From positions 45,240,423-45,304,422 of the forward strand of contig NC_057719.1 of assembly GCF_004010195.1 (NCBI RefSeq): DNA of 64,000 nucleotides. The letters are read 5' to 3'. The stretch's first letter is position 1; each line of letters starts with the position of its first letter. The translations under genes and the position numbers were made by a program. Origin of the DNA: Chiloscyllium plagiosum. Its lineage: Eukaryota. This document shows, piece after piece, positions 42,701-54,700 of this stretch. Under the pieces are notes generated by a model. The model was not told the DNA's origin. It worked only from the letters and a program-made list of their open reading frames with translations, and did no database searches.

Positions 42701-45700
42701 CAGAAAAAAACTTATGTAGCAGAGATAAATGTGTAGGAGAGGTAGAGGTAGGAGAATTTATAATAAGAAATAGAGAAACGGCAGAGAAATGAAAATGTAC
42801 TTTGTTTTCAGAGACGAAGACACGAGGTTTCATTAAAATAATTAAGATCCAAGGATCAAGTGAGAATGTAGAAATGAAAACAAATTAGTATTAGTAAAAA
42901 ATTAATATTGGATATAGTATTCAAATTTCTATCAACTCTGAAATGGTGTCTGAACATTAGTTGCAACCCACTGTTTAAGAAAGGATGGAGGGAATTGGTG
43001 GTCTAACTCAGCAGTAGGGAAAATAACAGGATCTGCTGTAAGGGATGTGGTAACTAGATAGTTAGAAAATAATTATCTGACTGGACAGAATCAACATAGA
43101 TTTATGAAAAAGAAATTATGCTTAACGATTCTCTTAAGAGGATATTATTAGCAGAGTCAATAAGGAGGAATCATTAAATTCAGTGTATTTGAATTTTCAG
43201 AAGGCTTTTGGTAAAGCCCCACACAGGAGATTAGTAAACAAAGCTAATGAGCATGAATTGTGGGTAATATAGATTGAGGATTGGTTAATAAGCAGAAAGT
43301 AGGGAAGGAATAAATGAGAACTTCTTAGGTTGGCTTACACAAGGATCAGTGCATGGCCACGTACATTCACAATCGACATCAATGATTTGGTTATGGGTAC
43401 CAGTTATAAAAGTTCCACGTTTGTACATGATATAAAACTTGGTGGGAATGTGAACTTTGAGGAAGGCAGAAGGAGGCTTCAAGGGAATTTAGACAAACTG
43501 AGTAAATGACCAAAATATGGCAAATAGAATAGAATGTAGGTTTAAATAGATCAGTAGAAATGAACGATATAAATGCCCATTCTAAATGGTTCACGGTAGA
43601 AAATACTGCCAAGACAGCAAGACAAAGAATGCTCCTCAGGTCTACTGGTTGCAAATATAAGATGATCAGAACTTTTATCCCACCCACGCCTTAACAATCA
43701 TGATAAGAATTGCATATCCACAGATACTTACAAATCATTAATTGACCATTTCCATATGATCAGAATCTATGAATTTGAATTTTATCCAAACTCAAAGTTA
43801 AATTCACTTTAAAGCAAATGCAAAACATTTTGAACTCCTTATTTTTGTATAACATTGGCTATTTTACTTAGTTAAAATACTGACTGACCTGGCTGTCCAC
43901 ACTGTGGTTGATCAGTTCCAGGTGGCGTCCTAGTCCCTGGAATTTCTTGTCCATTTTCATAGACACACCAGCAGTGGCCAGTACTGCTGTGGCATTGCAG
44001 AGGTCTGAAATTTCCTTCATCATCGCACTCAGGGATATGGATTCCAGTAAGAGCTGGAGATCCACGCACACTTAGCTCTGTTTTCAGTCTCTCTCGATGC
44101 TGTTCGCAAGCAGTCTTTGAGTGCTGAATGGGTTCTAATCAAATACACAGAAACTGGTTACAAAATAAGGGTGCAGACTATGTAAATTTGGTCATGCAAT
44201 GTCCGCTTATAAAAAAAACTCATGTACTAATAATTGAGAATGCACAGAAGGCCAAACCTAGAGGATCACAGCTATTTCAGAGAAATATGGTGACTACAAA
44301 GAAAAGGAGGGGCACAGCCATTGAGCATTTGAAAATAAAGACAAGAATTTGAAAATTAAAATGACGCTTGACAGGATGGATCAGCAAGAACAGCAGTGAT
44401 AGGGCAATCATACATACATTTACCCAGCAGAATTTAGTACAATTAACTTGTTCTCTAAAGCTCCACACTGACAGAAATCTGAATTTTTACGAGTCCCGTT
44501 TGATAAATGTTAATTTATGAGGGTTTATGTTTGGAATGGTTAGAGCAAAAACATCTGAGTTTTAAAAAAAGTCTTCAGTGTAATTGGATAAAATATGGTT
44601 GTAGAATATTTTTGGCTAGGCTTTTCTGTGGAATTTAGTCAGAGGCAAAATTGAAATTGCTGGGTAAGAAATCATATCCAAACCAGTGACTTGCACTCTG
44701 CAAGGCATCTAAACAATATATATGGCATTCTTTAGTTTTTCCTTTATGCATTGAGGTTTTTAAAATTTTTAAATATTGCACGCCAAGTTGTGAAAGATGA
44801 ACATTGCAGCAAGGGAACCCGAGACTTGAGTGCTCAAAGCAAACAAGTGTAGCTCTGGAGACAAATCATTTAAAAAATTATGAAATTAATAGCTGAGTGG
44901 CTGACAATGATGTGTGGATATTTTCAAAGTCAAATCTGATATGGAAAGTGGAATAAACTGAGAGAAAGCAATATTAAACTAAAGGAGAGAAAAAAAGGAA
45001 AAGAAAAGTTTTCATTGATAATCCTCCAACCATTAGTACTTCAAGCAATGAGATTCAATGCTCACAATAGTTAAATTTCAATATTACAGAGAACGATTGG
45101 CAGTAACTAACACTTACCATGTTTTTAAAAATGTAATGGTACACAAAATGATAAGGCTTAGCACCCTGTGGTGTGTTTAATTTATATCTACCACGCAAGT
45201 ACAGCTACTTATTGCATTTAATATATTTTCATGATGAAAAAGAGTGAGATAGCGCTGTCTGTATGCTATGAGTTAAGATGTAGCATAACTAATTACCATT
45301 CAAACCTATAGTCAACTGTACCCCCATCAAGTAAAATAAGTAAACAAATGGCAAGAGATAAACATGAGATAAACAGAAAGTTTCTAAAGCACAACTGACC
45401 AGTGATTTTGCTTCCTTCGAAATTTCAGTAAATCGGCAATTTAATGAGATAACAACTACAATTGAAATAAACAAGACCTACTGACCTGAGTGCCTACATG
45501 TTGGTAGATTATTTCCAGGCTGTGTTCTGGTTCCAGAAATTTCCCTGCCCCATGCATCTACACACCAGCACTGGCCTGTACTGCTGTGGCACTGTAGAGG
45601 TCTGAAGTTGCCCTGCTCATCACATTGAGGAACATGCATACCAAAGTGGGGTCTTGGGCCACGGGGGCTGAACTCAGCTTCCACTTCATCTCGCAGCTCC

Positions 45701-48700
45701 TCACAAGCAGTCTTTGTGCGTGATACAGGTTCTGAAAAAGAAAAACTTCTTTGTCAGCTGTGTTGCATGAATTACAGTGCTGCAAACTTCAACAAGATGC
45801 AAGGTATCAATGCAACCCCAGCATCCCAAAACAATTGCCTCCCACACTTCCCCAACACCCAGCCCACCAGTCCCAGTAAGAGCTTAGTTAGCCTGTCTTA
45901 GAATTAAGGTAACTGCAATATCTTCCAGTTAGAGAAAGGAATTGTCCAGGATTCACAGCCTGTTGCAGCACTGATTGTCCTGCCAACAGCATTGGAAATG
46001 AGCAGAACCTCCATTAGTAAGTGGGACGGCTGGTCAAGTTAAATCATCTGATGGCCTGTGTAATTATGAACAGCCGAGGGGTCTATTCATTGCACTGAGA
46101 TGGCTCGGAAGTCACCAACCCTGCCATTTGTCATCGTGGTCAAAGGTCTGGGCACAATACTGAAACAGTGTTTAGACAGGTATTGATTCCCTGCCTGCTA
46201 TTAGAATCATTTTGCCTGTCCAAGACAAGGAATTTGAACTTAACTACTGCTATCTTCTCCTCAGCTGTCTCGCTTCAATCTTTAGATCAGAAAACCATCA
46301 ACTTTGACCTTCCTTCCATCACTTAGCTACGCTTTCTGTGCCCCTTGAGCAAGCTGCCATTACGCTGTCAATCTAATCTCCATTAATATAGACCTGTCAC
46401 TCTGCCTTTGCTGAACTACAATCCATCATCTTGACCCTCTCTTTATCACCCATGACCTGTTTGTGGCAACCCTCAACTCTCACAGGGTCACTGTTGACCT
46501 GTCTGTAATCATCCTTCATTTCCCTTCTCTCATGTTTGACCTGCATCAGTAGAGATTGACCTTCCTTCAATCAGCCACATCTCTCTCTCTGAGCCCCATG
46601 ATCTTCCTTCGGCATCAACATGACCCAATCTCCCCTCCATGGACAGCCATGCCCCATTCTCCCAACACATTGTGGGGTGATGCGCTTTGGAAAAAGTAAC
46701 AAGACAAGGCGTACTCAATGAATGGCAGGACACGAGCAAGTTTAGAGGAACAGAGGGATGTTGGGTTGCTTGTCCACAGATCCTTGAAGGCAACAACATA
46801 AATTATAGGGTTGTCAAGGCCGCATATGTGACACTTACCTTTATTAGTCATAGCACAGATTATAAGAGCGGGGGGTTATGTTAGAGCTGTACAGGACTTT
46901 TGGTCACGCCACAGCTGGAGTACTGTGTGCAGTTCTGGTCATTTCGCTAGGAAGGATGTGACTGCACTGGAAGGGTAGCAGAGAACATTGAACAGGCAGA
47001 GAAGAGGGGACCTAATTGAGGTGTATGAACAAATTGAAGTGTCAATAACAATGAGGGCACATCTCTAAAAGTCGAAAAGTCTGGCACTGGAAAAGCACAG
47101 CAGGTCAAGCAGCATCCGAAGAGCAAGAGAATCGACGTTTCTGATGAAAGGACTTATGCCCAAAATGTTGACTCTCCTGCTCCTTGGATGCTGCCTGATC
47201 TGCTGTGCTTTTCCAGCATGTTTCAACTCACACTTTTAAGAAGAAGGCAGGCGGTTTAAAGGAGATTTCAGAAAATAAAATCACCCAGATAGTGGTGGGA
47301 AACTGGAATGCATTGCCTAGCAAGATAGATGTTTCAGGAAACTGTACAACTTTTAAAAGTACTCGAATGAGCACTTGAAATGTCATAACATTTAAATCTA
47401 TTGGCCAAGTGCTAGAAAGTGGGACTAGTGTATACTTTGAGTAGTATTTTTGTCCTGGCAGACCCGACGGGTTTGTGCTATATGTTTCAATTATTCTCAG
47501 ACAGTCAACATCTGCACTCAATGCAATAGCTCAGGTTCTTCTTCCTGGTCCAAAAAGGTTTCTCTATTTACAAATGCAGCTCCTACTTACTCTTAATCCT
47601 TCAGGAAGATCACTCTGCCTGCTGTCTACCAAGACTTGTTCACTGGTGACAAATCACTAAGGTTCAATTCAATTTGGCAACCAAAGTGTTTTAATGAGTA
47701 TGCATTACACTTGAATGCATTAAAGGTTGGTCTGCACTGGTTGCTTTCAGGCAACACAATCTGTATTTAATCCAATATTAATTTACTTCCTGCCACAGAT
47801 GAGCTGAGGTGGCAGCCATCTTGGATGGACTGTACACTGATGTGGATTTGGTTAGCGTCTGGTGGTGGAGTGGAGTGCAGTGTCCCTAACTCAGAGTCAG
47901 AGGCCTGGGTTCAAGCCCCACCTGTTCCAGATGTGTGTCATAACAGCACTGAAAAGGTTGATGTAAAAGAAAACCTGATATTGATTGTCCACGAAAGGCA
48001 AATAATATGTTCTGTATCACGACTGTGATACATCCTCGAAGCAGGAAGTTACAATAGTTTAATGAGACGTGGGGGCAGGAGTTAAAGTTTGAATGGTTAG
48101 TTTACTGAAAGCACTAAATTGTTAAAATAACTGAGCTATTAATATCATCAGCTGAGACTGTCTGTATGGAAAACTAAGAAATAGGGCTGGATTTTAACTC
48201 CTGGCCAAAAGCATGGCAGAGTGAATGGAGTGCTGAGATAGGAGTGATGGTAGGGAGACTTGACCAATTTTAACAGCCAAGCCTTGTTAGGATATTGTTT
48301 GTAAGCACCCAGGGTCACCTCTTTTTAAAACAAGACTGCACTTCAAATTAAATAGGAGAGAATGAGGACTGCAGATGCTGAAGACCAGTGTTGAAGAGTG
48401 TGGTGCTGGAAAAGCACAGCCATTCAGGCAACATCCGAGGAGCAGGAGAATCAATGTTTTGAGCATAAGGACTTCATCAGGAATGATGAAGGGCTTATGC
48501 TTGAAACATCAATTTTCCTGCCCCTGAGAAGCTGCCTGACTGGCTGGGCTTTTCCAGTACCACACACTTTAACTCTGCACTACAAATTAACCCTGGACTC
48601 CCACATAGTTAACAGAGCCAAAATAATATTAAATCTGTTAGTTAAACCTCCTACCTTCTTCTTAAAAGTATGATTGCAGAAGATAATTCTCCTGTTTTTC

Positions 48701-51700
48701 CCCGTCCTTCAAATCAAATCCTAAAATAGACACAAAGTAACTTGGAAATAAGATTTGATTTTGGATTCCTACCTGGCTCGATTGGTCTACACTGGGTACC
48801 ATCTCCTTCATAACCAGGGTTACATTGACAGACGTACGAGCCAGGGGTGTCATAACAAGTTGCATGTGAATGACATAAACCCTCAGTACATTGGTCAACA
48901 GCTGCAAGAAAATAACACAGGCTGACTTTAGTCAAGTTTGCATCGCTCAAATTTCCTCCCTGCTTTTATTACTCTCCTAAATAGGTAGTTTCTAAAAGAG
49001 TAGAGTTCCATCATTGGAAGCATAAGCACTGCAATCCCTTCACAAAAAATTGTTCTTTATGTTGGAGCTTGTTAACAAACAGATACACACACACACGCAC
49101 ATATTCACAGTGGTTAATGGATGGTGCAGTGTGAGCCCTGACTGACTCACACTTCACTAGGTGAAAGTAAGGACTGTAGATGCTGGAGATCAGAGTCGAA
49201 GAGTGTGGTGCTGGAAAAGCACAGCCCGTCAGGCAGCATCCAAAGAGCAGGAGAGTTGACGTTTCAAGCATAAGCCCTTCATCAGGAATGATTCCTGATA
49301 AAGAGCTTATGCTCAAAACATCGACTCTCCTGCTCCTGGGATGCTGCTGACCGGCTGTGCTTTTCCAGCACCACACTCTTCGACTCACACTTCACTGGTC
49401 AGAGACAATTGCAACACTGAGTGCTACCTAAATTGACATTCTTCTGGTTCCAGCAAAGACAGGGAAACAAGCTACAACTTTCCTCTAGGTAGGACTGAAG
49501 CCCATTTCATGTTGTGTACTTAACTACAGTGCTATGGAAAATAAATAGGCTTGTGTAATCAGGCACTAACGGATATTATACAAAATACTTTAATGTTGGA
49601 AGGTTCATGAGCCCTTCTCACTGGGCCTGCATTATCAGTTCTTTTATCTGTGGTGGAGTTTGCTTTGTTAAAGACTGTAATGTGTGGAAACATTGCAACA
49701 TATCATTAACATTTTAATCAATATAGTATTGCATGTAATGTAATATTCCTAGCTACTGATGCCATCCTCTTTTCAGCAACTATCTTGACGGTGAACCGGG
49801 CTGACTACAATTTTCATGTCTTTGGTGCCAAAGTTGAGTTTCTGACATACAATCACTAAAACTGTCTATTTCCACCTCTATAATATTGCATAACTCCACC
49901 CTTACCTCAGCTCATCTGCTGCTGTAGTCTTCATTCATGTACATTACTTTTAGAAGACTAACCTTCCATATTCATTCCTCCATAAACTTGAACCGATCTA
50001 AAACTCTGCAGCTGGTATCCTACACTGGATTCTGGTCCAGCGACATCTCAATTTGAAGATCATCATCCTTGTTTCTAAATCCTGTCATTGTCTCATTCTG
50101 CCTACCTCACACCCCTCCTCCAGCTCCAAAGCCCTATGTGAAATCTACATTCAACAAATGTTGGCCTTTGACCATCCCCAATTTTAATTTCTCCATTATT
50201 GATGGTCATGCCTTCAGTTGCTCAGGCTCTATACTCTGGAATTTCTATTTTTATACTGCTTTTTCCTCTTTTAAGATGCTCTTCTGAGGCTGCTTTTCTT
50301 GACCAAGTTTGTATCCACTTTCACTTGTACTAGCAGCAACATCTATCTCATGAGATGGTGGTTTGCATCATCATGGTCAACTCTGTGTTAAGTATTGCTC
50401 AGGCTGCCTCAGAAGCCAACTGGACCATGGGCATTTGACATTTGCTGCAAAGGAAGGTATCAGGCTGAGAAGGTGCACAATTCATTGACTTATGGTTTTC
50501 CCAGGGTCTCACCAACCAGTTGATCATTTCATTTCTGCTCATCACATTCAATGTTCTTACAGACAGAAGCCTTCAGGAGTCATAGCTATCAGTAACTGTC
50601 TCCCATTAATGTCCACTATCTTCATGTTTCACTTAGTTTTCTTGTCACAAAGGTATGGACATCGAAGTGTCATGACCCAATGGCCAGTCACCATACAGAA
50701 AGTCTTCATTACATAGCTATCATCCATGATAGGATTGTGACTAAGTCAAAGCCATTGGCTCAGCAAATGTGTGTGCTGATGAGATTAATGAGCTTCAGGA
50801 GCTGAATATATGACCTTGTTTATCTCCACTCGCCTCATTTTGTGCAGCTTGGTATCAAATTCTGCTTTACAGGTGAAGTGTCTTAAGACATCGCATTACA
50901 TTAAAGATGCTATATGAATGCAAATTGTTTTTGTTTTTTTAAAATTTCTGCCAGAGGTTTTCCTAATTCAGCCATTCAATTATTCAATACAACATAAAAC
51001 ATAGAACCATACAGCACAGCTAATATATAAATGAAATAATCACAAATCTATTTTTGCCACCAGGAAATTGTCTGATTTCATTTGTCACCTCAAAACTTTA
51101 TTTTGTCAAAAATCTTTGGGCTAATTCTGTGAACACAATGTGTTGGCCAATGAATCAAGGCCAAAGTGCTATATTTTTTAACTCTGAACCATGTTCCCTT
51201 AGAATGGAACCTCCTCTCTGAGGAATACAGAATTAATCCTACTGTTCTAGTTTATGACTTACCATTTGCTGATGTAGATGTGAGTTAATTGCATTAGAAC
51301 TCAGGGTTGATTCTCTTCAGCACTCCTTTAGCCAAATCTTTACTCATCCATTGTAAGTCTAGTATTGTTCTTGATTGTGTGAGCTTTTGGATGCAAGAGA
51401 CTCTGGATGCAAGAGACACTCCAGTACATGCTGTCCTTATTCAAAGCTGAGTTGGAGGAACTGGACCTGGTGTGGAAATGCTCCAGGAGAGACTACAAGA
51501 AAGGAGAGGGTGGCATGGTGGCTCAGTGGTTAGCACTGCTGCCTCACAGTGCCAGAGACCCAGGTTCAATTCCTGCCTCGGGCGACAGTCTGTGTGGAGA
51601 TGTGCAGGTCAGGGTGGATTGACCGTGCTAAATTGCCCATAGTGTTAGGTGAAGGGGTACACGTAGGGGAATGGGTCTCGGTGGGTTGTTCTTCAGAGGG

Positions 51701-54700
51701 TCGGTGTGGACTTGTTGGACTGAAGGGCCTGTTTCCACACTGTAAGTAATCTAATCAGCTGTTCATGCCAATTCAATTTTATTTTGTTTATATGCTTCAT
51801 TGGGAAATCTCAGAACTTTATGAAACCATGTGGTTTAAAGGCAATACTTCCACTGGGTCACAAATTTAGAAATGTTAAAATAGTAGCTGTTGATCATCTT
51901 GCAAAACTGTAATGACCACTGTGATAGAATTCTCTACATGAAAATGATATTTGAAATTGTGTTGTTTATTTCTGCTGTTACATGAGTCGCAAACATCAAA
52001 CTATCCTCAGACTCTTTTCATTGTTAAATCGAACAAGTATGTTTTGTGATTAAGACGTGTAACTATTTGCTTTATGACACAACACACTAGTTTTCTGGAA
52101 GCTGCATATCCAGAAGTGATAGGCTATAAAATAAAGGTATAATTCTCAGCAACTTACAATAATTAGCAATACTAGCAGTATTAATATAAGTAACCATTAT
52201 TATGTTTAGCTTTCACTGTAGTCTTCAAAGCTATCACACATAGGAATATACACAATAAAAAACTGATTATATAGAATTTGTACTGATACATTAAATGGCT
52301 GACCAACCTCCCATGGCATCACACATTGGATCTGGAACGCAGTGAGCTATAATGGGGTCCATTGTGAGCTAGTGATTAGAACACTACAGCAGTGGGGATC
52401 AAGAACTGAAGCACAGTGGGTGGGGTATCAGGTTACAAAATGTTAACATTGAAAGCACTCACTCTCAAGAGTTATGGTTTTATTTGTTCAATGGAAACAG
52501 AGACATAACAAATGTCTGTGGCAGTTGCTCTTTGAATCTGATTCCCTACCAGACAGAATCTGATTTCCTACCAGATATGTGTTAGGAAAACCATATTTTG
52601 AACTGTCATGTCAACTTTCTATTAAGTTGGATTCCAAATTTTAAAATGAATTTTAAAAATGGTCTTAGGCAGTAGCTCAAAGTGAATGCTAAAGAATCAG
52701 AAACTTGTTTTACATTCGACCAGGTTTTTAGGGGTGGCATGGTGGTTCAGACATTAGCACTGCTGCCTCACAGCACCAGGGCCCCAGGTTTGATTCCACT
52801 TCAGGCTACTGTCTGTTTGAAGTTTGCACATTCTCCATGTCTACATGGGTTTCCTTCAGGTGCTCCAGATTCCTCCCACAGCTTAAAGATGGGAAGGTTA
52901 GCTGGATTCGCCATGGTAAATTAGTGTCTAGGGCTGTTTATGCTATGTGGGATGGGATGCTCTTCAGAGGATCAGTGTGGAGTTGATGGGCCAAATCACC
53001 TTGTTCCACACTAGGGATTCTATGATTAAATTGAAAAGGATTTGTCTTGAAAAATATTCTTATCCTGTCTTACTTGAATTGAGATGGCATGTGGGTCTAT
53101 CTACAGCATGTGGATTGCAGCAGTTCAAGACTTTTGCTCATTACCATCTTCTCAAGGATAACTGGCGATGAGCAATAAACACTGGCCTAGTCAGCGACAC
53201 CCATGTCCTAAAGGTGAACTAGAAAAAAAAGGTCTAGGAAAGTAGGTTAAAGTGAATGCTAAAGCATCAGAAATTTGCTTTACATTCCAGCCGGTTTTCT
53301 TTTCTAATCAAATAGGGGTACAATTCACAATCGTCGCTTTGAGTATTTCCCCCAAACTTTGTACTGTCACTGCTAGTTCCCTATTTAAAATTAATGTTGA
53401 TTTGTTCAAAGCAGAACAAATGGCTGCTGTCAGCATAATGAGAGGCAATGCTGAAATCACATCTACAGTGCCATAAACAGCTGAAACTGCTTCTGCCAAA
53501 CTATACATGTCATCTATAATCCTTGGAGAACTAAATAATGTTTTAAATCCAGAGAGGAAAAGAAAACTTCTTCCATCACATTTGTTTTCTACAATTGCAT
53601 TAAGCACAAGCAGAATACTGATTACAGAGCACATTTTTCAGCAAAGCTCAAAATATATCCTCAGCAGGATATGTAAAAACAACTTGTGTGCAAACTTTTA
53701 CCCTGGAGTCACAAATAAGATCAAGGTTGGACACAATGCCAATAATCCTCTTCCTGCATCCCTTCCTGCAGCTCTGCAGTTATCAGACTCATCAAAAGGA
53801 AGGGAGCATGCTCTCTAGGGAACTCACCCATAAAATTTGGTGATAGCCTGAGAGAGCTAATTTCAGTTCATTTGTTTCCATCATGAAAGTACAGAAATGC
53901 AGATCAACAGATAATTAACTACACATAACAATCTTTCCGTTCTCTGAAGATTGAAAATGAAAATGATGCCCAGATAGCGATGAGTTATTTACTTTAGGAG
54001 ACTCTTCGGTCAAAACCCAGGGGGCTTTGAATTAAAGTAACTGGTAGAGAGAGGGTCGATGAGGATGAAATCCAAAGGGTGGTAGGGACCTGGAATTTAC
54101 TGTTTGAAATGGTGGCACAGACAGCAATTCATACAATATTTGAAAAAATTCTAGGATGTCAACTTGAAGGGCTGTGACTTAACAAATTCCAAACCTAGGA
54201 CAGGAAGGTTTGGTAACTTTTATGGGCCTCCCCATCCGTCAACCCAACAGTGACAATCATAATATTCTGATCTCTATAATTACAAGTTCTGAACTAAAAA
54301 GTATCAGCTAAGAATAGACCAGCAATAACTCTGTATTATACTCGAAAGTTGTGTGTCTTTTTTGTTGTTTCACTTAATGTCAACTGAAAGGAATGTGTTG
54401 GGTTTCTGCTCGTCCAACTTAACATTAGCAGAACAGTCATGGAATGCCTCCAAAAACAGTGTCATTGCTGTTCTCCTGTGGTCATACTGCTGATTATGTT
54501 TCAGTCAGTCAATCAGAAGCCCTGCAAAAATATACTCCCACCCAAATTCAATTGGCTATGACCCCTTGTTCAAATTTAAATTCAGCAAAGTTTCAAGACA
54601 TGCAATTATGCTGAATGCGAAGTTGCTTGCAGGCATAGCCTTTTTTGGTTTTGTACCATTAACACTTCGATAGAACAGAATAAGATATAAATAAAGAAAC

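Noticed and set aside
443..44071. Repeated alternative-frame ORFs (MD...[10 protein letters not shown]...; antisense [11 protein letters not shown])
   Set aside because: These are shadow frames of the duplicated TY exons and are interrupted in several copies.
530..45731. TY ORFs as a cluster of separate small genes (equistatin- or saxiphilin-like) or as thyroglobulin
   Set aside because: There are no true start codons, signal peptides or stops. Each unit is bounded by splice sites and follows nidogen-type EGF exons.
51257..51360. Donor-like GTAAGT as a candidate for the missing EGF exon
   Set aside because: The upstream sequence has stops and no Cys pattern.
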